NCBI GenBank assembly: GCA_964454265.1
Contig: CAYVXD010000002.1
Span: forward strand, 888 to 64,887
Origin: an uncultured Candidatus Sumerlaeota bacterium
Lineage (GTDB): Bacteria > Sumerlaeota > Sumerlaeia > MWCT01 > JAUWMI01
Length of the DNA: 64,000 nucleotides
Reading direction: 5' to 3'
Shown here: piece after piece, positions 27,756-38,288 of the stretch
How the letters are laid out: every line of letters starts with the position of its first letter
Numbering within the stretch: the first letter of the stretch is position 1
Made by a program: the position numbers and the translations under genes
The notes under the pieces: generated by a model
The model's input: only the letters and a program-made list of their open reading frames with translations
Database searches by the model: none
Told to the model about the DNA's origin: nothing

Positions 27756-29363
27756 TTAATCTGTCAGGGGTAGTGTAATGAGGAATTCTGTTCCTTTCTT
27801 AGACGAGTCGACGAGCTCAATGTTTCCGTTGTGCATATTGATAACGGCTTTTGCAATGTACAACCCAAGACCAGCTCCCCCCCATTGTCGGCTAATTGAG
27901 TTGTCAACCTGGTAGAACTTCTTGAAGATTTTCTCTTTATGACTCTTATCGACCCCGATGCCGGTATCTTGAACGCTAATTCTAACCTTGTTCTCGGTAA
28001 TAGAAGTTTTAACTCTAATTCGGCCTTTGGAAGGTGTGAATTTCACGGCATTGTCCAGCAGGTTGTGTATCACCTGTCCGATGCGTTTATCGTCAAGGGC
28101 CATAGGCGGGATAGAATTGGGGTGCCGCACGGCCAGGTGGATCTTCTTTTTCCGAGCGACCGCACGAAAGGGCTCAACGGCGGAATTAATCATCTCTTGA
28201 AGATCAGTGGGAACTCGTTGAATCGCGAAGGTCTGGTTTTCAATATGTGTAACGTCAAGCAGATTGTTGACGAGGGTGGTAAGACGATTTGCGTTATTGT
28301 GAATAATGTAAAGCAGCTCGCTCTGTGTGGGGGAGAGATGCAAGGGAGGGTTTTCCTTGAGGAGATGAAGCGCACCTGTGATTGGAGTCAGGGGGGTACG
28401 CAGTTCATGCGAGACCATTGACATAAAATTAGATTTCAGCTGGTCAATCTGCTTAAGCTCAGCAATCTCGCGACGCAACGAAAGATCCGTAAGAATCATC
28501 ATGGTTTCTCTCGGCTTTAGCGGTGCACTGGCGAGCGGAACTATTGTCACCCGCATAGGGGTCGATGATCCGGCGGAGCGGGTGAGAAGATCCAGTTCAA
28601 TTTCCTGGTGGCTCTTGGTCCTTAGGCTTTTAGACATCATTGAATTGAGCACAGTCGCAGTCTTTTTGTCTATGAAACTGGAGAGAGATTTTTGCTTGGC
28701 CCGGACCGGTGTGCACCCCAAGAGAGAAGCCGCCCGCTGATTGCAATGTGTAATGACATGGTCACCGTTGATTGTTATGATGCCAACGTCGAGGCTTTCT
28801 ATCATGTCGGCCAAACGCTTTTTGGCATTTTGTGAGAGGACAAACAGCCGAGTATTCTCCAGCAAGAGAGCGAGCAGACCGGCAATCGCCTGAAGCAGAT
28901 CAAGGTCGTGAGGGGTGAAGGCCTCGCGCGTGACCTTATTAGCCACATTGATGACGCCAGGCGCGTGTCCCTTGCCGTGGAGAGGGAGGAGGGGGATGCT
29001 TATAAAGGAGTGGGTAGTATAGCGTCGCGAGGGTTGCTCGGTCAGCTCCAGCAGCTCGCGACGATTCTTAACGAGAACGGCTTTTCGGCGCGACAGCACC
29101 CTGCCCGCTATTCCATGGCCTGGCCGTATCCTAATTTTGGGCCACAGCCGCCGTGGGACGCCAGCAGCTGTCTTCACCTTAAGATACCCAGTTTTTGAAT
29201 CCATAATGAGAATTGAACAGCGTTTGACGTGGAGAAGGGATTGGATTAAACGAACAGTTTGTGAAAAAATCGCGTCAAGGTTTTTGCCGCTTGAAATCAT
29301 CTCGCTGATACATGCCAGGAGACCCAGGTATTGAGAATCAGCGGATGCGCGCCTGCCGGACAT
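27756..29363 (-). CDS. Sensor histidine kinase (GAF-PAS-HisKA-HATPase_c)
   Basis: H-box SHELRTPLT, N-box NLLDNAVKFT, and the G-boxes DTGIGV and GGAGLGLYI. Confidence 0.9.
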   Translation of the reverse strand: MSGRRASADSQYLGLLACISEMISSGKNLDAIFSQTVRLIQSLLHVKRCSILIMDSKTGYLKVKTAAGVPRRLWPKIRIRPGHGIAGRVLSRRKAVLVKNRRELLELTEQPSRRYTTHSFISIPLLPLHGKGHAPGVINVANKVTREAFTPHDLDLLQAIAGLLALLLENTRLFVLSQNAKKRLADMIESLDVGIITINGDHVITHCNQRAASLLGCTPVRAKQKSLSSFIDKKTATVLNSMMSKSLRTKSHQEIELDLLTRSAGSSTPMRVTIVPLASAPLKPRETMMILTDLSLRREIAELKQIDQLKSNFMSMVSHELRTPLTPITGALHLLKENPPLHLSPTQSELLYIIHNNANRLTTLVNNLLDVTHIENQTFAIQRVPTDLQEMINSAVEPFRAVARKKKIHLAVRHPNSIPPMALDDKRIGQVIHNLLDNAVKFTPSKGRIRVKTSITENKVRISVQDTGIGVDKSHKEKIFKKFYQVDNSISRQWGGAGLGLYIAKAVINMHNGNIELVDSSKKGTEFLITLPLTD

Positions 29364-29640
29364 AAAAATATGCCTTCAGTCGTTTTTCGTTTCAATTCAG
29401 GGACAACAGTAGCAGACGGCACGGCTGTTTGCAAGCACTTTGTCTCATGGGCCATATTTTCGGATTGATGGTTCACAGGGTATGGGTATGAACCAGGTAT
29501 GGGCGCGCTAGATTGAGGAAATTCTGGTTGACGTGGCCTACAAGGAGGCGGTAGATATCTGATTGATATCTTGGCGGGTCGCTCGACGGCTCGTTTTGAG
29601 ATGAAGATTGGAAGTGCGAGTGCAAACACTATAGCTCGGG

Positions 29641-30807
29641 TTGCGGGAGTCTGTGCTTGAATGTGCTGGCTCCGATAATGATCAAGGCAGAGGTGCACGA
29701 AAAGCCGTGGCGAAGACAGAATGTTTAGAGTGTTTGCGTCGGGCGGTGGCGGACAAGGGCGGGGCAGCTGCGTGGAGCCTGTTCAAAACCAAACAGGCAA
29801 AGGTAGACTTAACAAAGGCTGATCTTTCGAATCTTGATTTGCGCACGTTCAACCTGGCACAGGTGGATCTGGCAGGGGCGAATCTCTTCAATGCGGATCT
29901 ATCAGGGACCGATCTCTCTGAGGCGTCGCTAATGTACGCGGATTTGCGGCGGGCCAATCTGGCACATGCATTTTTAACGAAGGCGAATCTGGCGGTGGCG
30001 AATCTGCAGGGTGCAAATATGGTGGATGCCAATCTGGATTTTGCCAACTTGCGATCTGCGAAATTAGATGGGGCGTATTTGATGGGGGCTACTCTTGTTA
30101 AGGCGAACCTGGAAGGCGCTAATTTACGTGGGGCAAACCTGAAGTTTTCTAATCTCACTGGCGCGACGGTGACTGGTGCAGATGTTGAGGATGCTAATCT
30201 TTGTCACATACAGCTCAGTGACGAGATGATGCGGCAGTTTCGAAATTTTGACAAAGCCCTGGTGCCACTCAAAGGCCTCATGAAAAGGCCACTTAATCAG
30301 CGCAAGCTCTTGGCCGAGGAAAACTATGATGATCTGTTCACCGATGAGGATTGTTTTAAGATCCTTGGAGTTACACGAACCGCGACAATTGAGGAAATTG
30401 ACAAGGCCTATCGGGGCAAAGCGAAGGAATATCATCCGGATCTCGTGGGTCATCTCGGAGCGAAATTGAAGGTAGTGGCAGCACGCGAGTTTGAACGGAT
30501 CCAGATGGCTTACCACACGCTCTCGCGAAGGAGGACAAAGCCAATGATGGAGCTCGAGGCAGAGAACGGCCTGGGACTTCCTGAAAAGCGTGTAAAGGAC
30601 TATGCTATTGACGATTGGCTGACTGTTATTCAAATAGCTCCGAACAATGACCGTGCGCACTATAACCTGGGGATTAAGTATTTTGAAAGTGGCCTGGTTG
30701 AAATGGCAGTTCAGGCCTATCGGAAGGCGATTGATCTCAATCCGCATAATTACCAAGCTCTCCATAACCTGAAAATTGCCCTCCTCGTACAAACCTTATC
30801 ACCATAA
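29641..30807 (+). CDS. Pentapeptide-repeat / J-domain / TPR fusion protein
   Basis: About 30 A(D/N)LXX pentapeptide repeats are followed by a J domain (DCFKILGV...AYRGKAKEYHPD) and a TPR end. The start is uncertain (TTG at 29641, with in-frame GTGs downstream). Confidence 0.75.
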   Translation: MRESVLECAGSDNDQGRGARKAVAKTECLECLRRAVADKGGAAAWSLFKTKQAKVDLTKADLSNLDLRTFNLAQVDLAGANLFNADLSGTDLSEASLMYADLRRANLAHAFLTKANLAVANLQGANMVDANLDFANLRSAKLDGAYLMGATLVKANLEGANLRGANLKFSNLTGATVTGADVEDANLCHIQLSDEMMRQFRNFDKALVPLKGLMKRPLNQRKLLAEENYDDLFTDEDCFKILGVTRTATIEEIDKAYRGKAKEYHPDLVGHLGAKLKVVAAREFERIQMAYHTLSRRRTKPMMELEAENGLGLPEKRVKDYAIDDWLTVIQIAPNNDRAHYNLGIKYFESGLVEMAVQAYRKAIDLNPHNYQALHNLKIALLVQTLSP

Positions 30808-31020
30808 TTTAGCATTTTTGCTATGGCGCTGTCGTGGGCTTTTGATCTCTACAGTCTTCCAGCGCATGGTGAAGAACTGCTTATACCCTTTTGCGAGAGA
30901 AATGACTGAAAATCAGAGAAGAAAAAGGGCGAACATCCGCCACGGCGGATTCGCCCCTACACAGCTATCTTACACGCCATTAAGCGTATTCATGCGGTAG
31001 TGGTGAAATGGTGCATGCCG

Positions 31021-31047
31021 TAGGGGCAGACCCGCGTGTCTGCCCTA
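31021..31047. repeat. GC-rich hairpin repeat (GTAGGGGC...GCCCTA family)
   Basis: Reads taggggcagac-ccgcgt-gtctgcccta. It lies about 25 nt 3' of the PPIase stop. Confidence 0.7.
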
Positions 31048-31071
31048 TGGATGGGGTGAGAGCGACAGATG

Positions 31072-32286
31072 TTAGGGGCGGGACTGTGGTGGGGCTAGGA
31101 GAATCTGTTTCTTTTGCCCTTCGACAATAACGGTGACCCTTTTTCTGCCCTTGATTGCCTGGAGGAGATCATTGCGCACGGTGGCGAACACGTAGTCTTC
31201 CACAGCGGGGCGAGCATCCTCGAATGTTAAACCAGTCGCAGGCCGGGCATCAGTGAGCTTCAGGATATGATAGCCGAACTGGGATTCAACGACCTTACTT
31301 ATTTTGCCCACCTTGAGTTCAAAAATGAGGGTATCAAGTGGTTTGGGAAGCGAGTTCACGGTCGTAAACCAGCCAATATCACCACCCCTATCTCTGGAAG
31401 GCGCATCGGAAGCCTTGGCAAGAGTGGCGAAGTCTTCCCCGGCCAGGGCACGCTGGCGCAGCGCTTTGATTTCATTGTAGAGGGTGTTTTTTTTCTTTTT
31501 CGTTTCATTACCCGAGAGTGCACGGAAAATGTGGCTGACGCGAACTTGCGGTGGGTTGATGAATTTCTTTGGCAAGGCGTTGTAAATCCCGCGCAGTTTA
31601 TCTTCGGGATAGGCCTGTGCCAGACGCGTCCGGATAAGCTTTTCCCCCAGGATCGCGTCGCGCATCTCGTTAAGGAATTCCGTTTTGGTCACACCCAGGC
31701 TCTTCAGTGCCTTGTCAACGTCTACCCGCGTCCCCGACGTTGATTGCAAAGCATCTATTTTCTGCTGGAGCTCAGCCGGCGTTACGGCAAACTCCTGTGC
31801 CTCCGCCTCATCAGCGAGAAGCGCAATGTCAACCCAGTCATCCAGAACCTTTGACTGATAGAATTCCTCGAGTGCCACCAGGTTTCGTCTGGAAAGGGTC
31901 TTGGCATGCTCCTGGGTAAGCTTTGCCACCCGTCGGGTCAGTTGCTCCTTCGTTAGACTCCGATTGCCGACAGTCCATTCCTTTGCATTATATACGAGCA
32001 GGCGCGAGCGCGGTCTCTTCGGCACTGATATGGGCTGGCGGATAGTGCCTGGAGTTCCTCTTTTCTTTGTGCTGAGAATCCTTTCGTCGGCGTGCGATAG
32101 CGGCGTCGCCACCAGCAGCGCTGCGATCAGGAGACAAACAATAGCGAATATGGAGCACATGGATTGTGCTCGAGTCGTTGCGTGCTGACTGCTAATGCAG
32201 CGGTGGGCGTATCGTTGTCGAGTACGTCCCCTGACAACTACCAGATCAACTCCGCGCCGTGACATGTTTTCACGCATTAGATTCAT
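31072..32286 (-). CDS. Peptidyl-prolyl cis-trans isomerase, parvulin/SurA-like
   Basis: Parvulin domain VRVSHIF...GGDIGWF...FGYHILKL. The true start may be the internal Met before the TM segment (about 32160). Confidence 0.8.
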   Translation of the reverse strand: MNLMRENMSRRGVDLVVVRGRTRQRYAHRCISSQHATTRAQSMCSIFAIVCLLIAALLVATPLSHADERILSTKKRGTPGTIRQPISVPKRPRSRLLVYNAKEWTVGNRSLTKEQLTRRVAKLTQEHAKTLSRRNLVALEEFYQSKVLDDWVDIALLADEAEAQEFAVTPAELQQKIDALQSTSGTRVDVDKALKSLGVTKTEFLNEMRDAILGEKLIRTRLAQAYPEDKLRGIYNALPKKFINPPQVRVSHIFRALSGNETKKKKNTLYNEIKALRQRALAGEDFATLAKASDAPSRDRGGDIGWFTTVNSLPKPLDTLIFELKVGKISKVVESQFGYHILKLTDARPATGLTFEDARPAVEDYVFATVRNDLLQAIKGRKRVTVIVEGQKKQILLAPPQSRP

Positions 32287-32289
32287 ATT

Positions 32290-32577
32290 TCATTCCCCCT
32301 CTGTGTTTTCCGACGCTTGCCGATCTGTTGTGAGTTGCTCCGTGAGTATTGTTGCCAGGTTACTTGAGACTTCCAGAATTCCTGAAGCAATGGTAAAGTG
32401 TTGTTCCTGCTCGTTATGTTTGACCGTGATGCAGCCCTTTTTGAGAGTTGTGATCAGGGGCGCATGGTGTGCCAGTACTCCTAGATATCCGAGCTCGCCA
32501 GGCGCAATGAGAGACGTAACTGACCCGCTGAAGACGACCCGTTCCGGGGTGATAATGCGCAACTCGAATTCCGTCAT
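32290..32577 (-). CDS. atpC: F1 ATP synthase epsilon subunit, short form (beta-sandwich only)
   Basis: 95 aa, reading ELRIITPERVVFSGSVTSLIAPGELGYLGVLAHHAPLITTLKKGCITV...SGILEV. This aligns with the epsilon N-terminal domain. Only about 13 aa follow it, so there is no two-helix C-terminal domain. Confidence 0.85.
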   Translation of the reverse strand: MTEFELRIITPERVVFSGSVTSLIAPGELGYLGVLAHHAPLITTLKKGCITVKHNEQEQHFTIASGILEVSSNLATILTEQLTTDRQASENTEGE

Positions 32578-32657
32578 GGCAGTGTGATCCTTTATTCGCG
32601 AATTCTTATTCTGTCTTCTTCAACGATCCAGAAATCTTATACTTCATTGTAGAGGCC

Positions 32658-32891
<234 letters not shown>

Positions 32892-33073
32892 TTATCTTCC
32901 TTCCATGGTCCTGTTCGGCGTGTTTCCCTTTTGCGATTCATCGCCCACTTCACGGACATCCGACTTGGCGTCAACGCGACGGAATTGTGACAGACGGATT
33001 TCTCCTAGCGGACTCGTCTCGAGACTCTCTCGGCGGTGGGAGAAGACGCACTTGGGTCGCCCCCATCGTGAAT

Positions 33074-34144
33074 TCAGATAACATCAATAACAAGCTCTTT
33101 CGTCACGCTGATCAGCAACAGAGCGAGAGTTATGAAATAATATCCCGTGGAGCTGATTGGAACCAGGTTTAGCATTCGCCTGCCAGGTCCGCACGTTGAG
33201 GTTTGGTTCGTAAGCCGCTCATCGAGAAAAATGGCAGAGTAAATAAAGATGATGGGCAGTGACAACCAGGGAAGCTCGCAAAGGAATGCAAAACCGATTA
33301 AGAGTGGAGCCTCCGCCACAGAAAAGTCCTGTGGTTTCCGCTGATGCAGAAACAGCGATAGCCCAATGAGGGCTACACCGGGTGGTATCGCCACCCAATC
33401 GCATTCGACTTCGAAACGTATCACAAACGCTCCCAGCACAATAATCCCAGCAAGCAGTGCTCCGCGCACAGCGGCAATCGAGAGGCACGCCGGAAGAACC
33501 GACCGGTGGCATCTCAAACTCCGTCTCAATTGCCAGGCGATCCCGTTAAGTAGAACAACCCCGAAAAGAGCGTAAGAAACGGCCGGGTTTAGGTAAGAGT
33601 GCAGAATGAACCCATTGGCGCTCACGTCACGGCATAGCATGAACAACAGAGGATACGACAGAAAACGAACGGTCCGGGGAAGTTCGGTTCGGAGAATGTT
33701 GGGGTTGCGCCACGAGAATCCATCTTTTACCGGAAGTGGGGAACGGAAGGGGAAAAGCAGCGGAACTCGGTTCGCATACTCCTCATATGTTCTCCCAAAC
33801 AGACTCCTCAGCGCAGTTTCTTCGCGGCGCATAGTAGGTAGGTACACAGCACACCACCAGACCGGGAACACGATCATCAGCAGCATAGAGCCGGACATCG
33901 CAACTATTGCTAAGTCAACGAAAATATTGCCGAGGTAGAAGGGGTGACGAACAAACCGATATGGGCCAGAGGTTGTGACGTCTCTATTCTGATGCAGGCA
34001 CCCCTTCGCCCACAGGCGAAGGGTGATTCCCACAAGCAGGAGTAAGGAGCCCACAGCAATACCAAAAGGCGTTACCTGACCGGCAAGCAGGCCAAGTATT
34101 ACTAGGTAGGTGCGAAATCCACCTCGATTACATGGCAAACGCAT
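33074..34144 (-). CDS. Isoprenylcysteine carboxyl methyltransferase (ICMT/PEMT) family membrane protein with extra C-terminal TM domain
   Basis: GPYRFVRHPFYLGNIF...REE-x-x-L-x-x-x-FG-x-x-Y-x-x-Y motif in the N-terminal half. The protein has about 9 TM segments. Confidence 0.7.
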   Translation of the reverse strand: MRLPCNRGGFRTYLVILGLLAGQVTPFGIAVGSLLLLVGITLRLWAKGCLHQNRDVTTSGPYRFVRHPFYLGNIFVDLAIVAMSGSMLLMIVFPVWWCAVYLPTMRREETALRSLFGRTYEEYANRVPLLFPFRSPLPVKDGFSWRNPNILRTELPRTVRFLSYPLLFMLCRDVSANGFILHSYLNPAVSYALFGVVLLNGIAWQLRRSLRCHRSVLPACLSIAAVRGALLAGIIVLGAFVIRFEVECDWVAIPPGVALIGLSLFLHQRKPQDFSVAEAPLLIGFAFLCELPWLSLPIIFIYSAIFLDERLTNQTSTCGPGRRMLNLVPISSTGYYFITLALLLISVTKELVIDVI

Positions 34145-34175
34145 GGCGCAGTCTCCTCACTTGCTTCTCCCGCCG

Positions 34176-34236
34176 AACTATGGTTTATATGCTTTTCGTA
34201 TAAGAACCTTTATGCAGCCAATGAGCGCTATAATAC
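34176..34236. repeat. 61-nt intergenic module, copy R1 (5' of the ICMT-like gene)
   Basis: Reads aactatggtttatatgcttttcgtataagaacctttatgcagccaatgagcgctataatac. Confidence 0.85.
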
Positions 34237-34308
34237 GATTGTCCTTCTCCGCCCATAAGTGATGTGATTGCAATGAAGTAGTGGCGACTTTCCATCCTTC
34301 TTGGGCGC

Positions 34309-34327
34309 TTATATGGTTTCCGTATAG
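34309..34327. repeat. Partial module copy R4 (19 nt identical to R3)
   Basis: Reads ttatatggtttccgtatag. Confidence 0.7.
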
Positions 34328-34396
34328 CATCCATTTAGGCGTTCCTCTTTTTCATTTGGAACTCAATAATCAAGCTTGCCTTCAAACTCTTTTCTC

Positions 34397-34834
34397 TTAT
34401 TTGCCTTTCTTCCTGGTCTTTGCCTTTCTCAGGTATTTCAAATCAGCTTTATCCTGTTCCCTATTTGCTTTTTCCTTGTTCCTGATAAGATCATCGAGCG
34501 AAATATATGATACATTGGCTTCTCCGTATTTACCAGTTGTTCTTTTTGACCAGGCATCTTCAAAACTGCCGATGCCAGAAATACTACTCATTAAATCAAT
34601 CCGAACTGGCGCAACTCCCAGCTGCACGGTGAGGTCGGGATTATATAAGTCAGCGATAGTTAATCCGAGGTCGTATCCACGAAAGAATGCTCGGATGGCC
34701 TTCAGTATCCTGAGCGCAGATTCTGCTGTGGCTTCATGAAGGATATGGATGTTTTTCGTTGCCCTCGGTCTTGCATAGAAAGCGACAGCATGAGCTCCGA
34801 CAATCAAGAACTTAACGCCATTTGCGTTTAACAA
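34397..34834 (-). CDS. Nucleotidyltransferase-fold-like small protein (uncharacterised family)
   Basis: 145-aa ORF (TTG start) reading LNANGVKFLIVGAHAVAFYARPRATKNIHIL. The in-frame upstream sequence DYEEFFE extends the similarity, so the ORF may be fused to 34812..35069 (see findings). Confidence 0.55.
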   Translation of the reverse strand: MLNANGVKFLIVGAHAVAFYARPRATKNIHILHEATAESALRILKAIRAFFRGYDLGLTIADLYNPDLTVQLGVAPVRIDLMSSISGIGSFEDAWSKRTTGKYGEANVSYISLDDLIRNKEKANREQDKADLKYLRKAKTRKKGK

Positions 34835-35069
34835 TTCGAAAAACTCTTCGTAGTCTTGGTGTGCTATTCGCCCCCCTTGTCTTTAGACATCCTAATAAAC
34901 ATGAATCCACAGAGTTAACTCGGTCTTCTGGAGAAAGGCCCTCAAGCCAGAAACGAAAATCTTCTTCTTCGGCCTCGGCCTTAGGCACAACCCTCGCCTT
35001 CCACTTTTTCCCATGTTTGTCTATGCTACTTCCACGTTCCATCATAAGTAGACCCCTTAAGAGCACCAC
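34812..35069 (-). CDS. Small hypothetical protein, overlapping or possibly frameshift-fused with 34397..34834
   Basis: 85-aa ORF. It overlaps the next ORF by 23 nt, and a G6 run (plus-strand C6, 34871..34876) lies at the frame junction. Confidence 0.4.
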   Translation of the reverse strand: MVLLRGLLMMERGSSIDKHGKKWKARVVPKAEAEEEDFRFWLEGLSPEDRVNSVDSCLLGCLKTRGANSTPRLRRVFRIVKRKWR

Positions 35070-35141
35070 AAGTTCTAACCGAATTCCTGATGCTAGTTAC
35101 AAAGATAAATATCAGAGTACATATTATTGAATCACCCAACG

Positions 35142-35501
35142 TCAAGGTTGAGCGGTTTTATCCGCCCCAACCGTTTGTTGAGTATTTTTCCTCTGCAATT
35201 CAATCTTCCACCATTTCGTAGTATTGTAAAGCAATCCTTCCTTTTCTCGGGAGGGTGCAAGATGCAAGCCGACACACAATACAAACAACAAAAATGATAT
35301 TATTACGCCAATAAAGCAAATAGACCTTCTTCTTCGTATCGCACCTACAACGGTTATGATCGGAGCAACGATGAGTAATATCCACGCGATTATCTAGCCC
35401 GTTCTAGTGAAATAGGTTAATGTCATTAATTGACCAGCAAGAACTGCGCATATAATAAAGATTATCGAAGTCGTTATCATTATGGAATTCTTGGTCTTCA
35501 T
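35142..35501 (-). pseudogene. Putative 3-TM small membrane protein interrupted by an in-frame TAG
   Basis: Manual translation gives MKTKNSIMITTSIIFIICAVLAGQLMTLTYFTRTG-TAG-IIAWILLIVAPIITVVGAIRRRRSICFIGVIISFLLFVLCVGLHLAPSREKEG...*. The TAG is at 35396..35394. The track's ORF 35200..35385 is in another frame. Confidence 0.3.
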
Positions 35502-35512
35502 TTTCGCTACTC

Positions 35513-35573
35513 AACTATTGTTTATATAGATCCGTATAAGAACCCAAATCATGCAAATCTATCAGTATAACAC
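35513..35573. repeat. 61-nt intergenic module, copy R2
   Basis: Reads aactattgtttatatagatccgtataagaacccaaatcatgcaaatctatcagtataacac. Confidence 0.85.
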
Positions 35574-35739
35574 TCCTGTTAATCTCCTTTCTTTTCTTTT
35601 CAACGTTCCGTGCTCACTCGTGTCTTGTAGCTGGTGATTTTATATGGGTCCGGATAATACCCGATTGCAATTCACAAGAGATGTAAGGTGTCCGCTGGGC
35701 TACGAACGCCTCGGGTAATGATGTCCGTTGGATTTATTG

Positions 35740-36078
35740 TTAGCTGCCTAGTATATCTTCAACCTCATTTCGAAGAGTTGGCATACTATCCTTTATGGCA
35801 GACCAGACCGTTGCATCGTCAATGATGTCATAACCATGGACAAGGACGTTGCGAAAACCGATAATCTTCTGATGACCGGTAATTTTGTCTATTATTTCTG
35901 GGTGCTCTCTTTTTAATCTTCTCAACGCCTCGCCAATCACAAGGAATTTGCGCTCTACAGCGGCCTTCACCATGGAATTGTCAGAATATTCTTCAAAACC
36001 CATGTCATGAGTGAATTCTTTGATTTCATCGCACGCCTGTTTAATATCGAAGAGGTAAGCTTTGGGCTCATGATCCAT
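35740..36078 (-). CDS. hepT: HepT-like (DUF86) RNase toxin of a type VII MntA/HepT TA pair
   Basis: 112 aa with the R-x4-H-x-Y motif (RNVLVHGY). It overlaps the upstream NTase gene by 11 nt. Confidence 0.85.
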   Translation of the reverse strand: MDHEPKAYLFDIKQACDEIKEFTHDMGFEEYSDNSMVKAAVERKFLVIGEALRRLKREHPEIIDKITGHQKIIGFRNVLVHGYDIIDDATVWSAIKDSMPTLRNEVEDILGS

Positions 36079-36367
36079 ATATTCGCACCTTGTCTCGATG
36101 TAAGCTTCTTTTAACGTAAGGATTTTTCACTGCGCTTTCCTGAATGACATCAACTTGCCTTCCTAAATGCTGCTCCAGTCGCATTTTCAGTTCAAAGTAG
36201 CGGTCGAAGAGCCTGTCGAAACCAACAAACTCTACGAGGACATCAATATCGCTTCTTTCATGTTGGAAATCATGTCTTGATGCTGAGCCAACGAGATCGA
36301 GGCGCTTCACCCGAAGATCCCTGCAAATTTTTTCGATGACCTGTTTGTGATCTTCTATTTTAAACAT
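36068..36367 (-). CDS. mntA: MntA-like minimal nucleotidyltransferase antitoxin
   Basis: 99 aa with LDLVGSASRHDFQHERSDIDVLVEF (the GS-x10-11-DxD NTase signature). Confidence 0.85.
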   Translation of the reverse strand: MFKIEDHKQVIEKICRDLRVKRLDLVGSASRHDFQHERSDIDVLVEFVGFDRLFDRYFELKMRLEQHLGRQVDVIQESAVKNPYVKRSLHRDKVRIYGS

Positions 36368-36393
36368 CTTCTCTTGCTCTTCCTTCTACACCT

Positions 36394-36454
36394 AACTATT
36401 GATTATATGGTTTCCGTATAGGAACCTTTGTATGTTTTTCTGTCGGTATAATAC
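36394..36454. repeat. 61-nt intergenic module, copy R3 (5' of mntA)
   Basis: Reads aactattgattatatggtttccgtataggaacctttgtatgtttttctgtcggtataatac. Confidence 0.85.
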
Positions 36455-36582
36455 TCCTTGACTCAGCAAAATGTAAAACTAAATCTGTCTTTTATCGAAG
36501 CTTCCTTTGCGGTGCGATGCACGAAGCGAGCTATTCCAATTTTCTGATGCCCCTTTCCCCGCCTGATAATCCCAACAGACTT

Positions 36583-36685
36583 AGAGCCTATCCCAAAAAT
36601 TCTGTCTTCCACAATGTCATTCTGAGAATCTCGCCGTCTTGAGATGCTTCACTCCGTTCAGCATGACAATTTTGGGATAGCCTCT
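36583..36685. repeat. MITE-like nested inverted-repeat element
   Basis: Outer arms are agagcctatcccaaaaatt and aattttgggatagcctct. Inner arms are gtcattctgag and ttcagcatgac. The track ORF 36588..36791 is a translation of this repeat. Confidence 0.7.
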
Positions 36686-36809
36686 TAGACCTGCTATTTG
36701 ACCCAGCTAGTCTGCGCCAGTATCGAAAATAGGGTACAGTCCACGCGCTCGTTCCTCGCTTGGGACAGTCCCCAATTTTTATCTCCCTCATTTCAAATAT
36801 GCCGAAGCA

Positions 36810-38288
<1,479 letters not shown>

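Noticed and set aside
29682-30792. Minus-strand ORFs 29682..30158 and 30124..30792
   Set aside because: They are antisense to the pentapeptide/J-domain gene. The repetitive codon structure keeps the opposite frame open, and their translations are low-complexity.
34176-36454. The 61-nt modules as classical attC sites
   Set aside because: Two copies end in a GTTRRRY-like heptamer. However, no matching RYYYAAC inverse core or conserved R''-L''/L'-R' pairing could be found, so they are kept as an unexplained repeat.
36588-36791. 67-aa ORF (..CHAERSEASQDGEILRMT..)
   Set aside because: It is a translation of the nested inverted-repeat element and has no coding signal.
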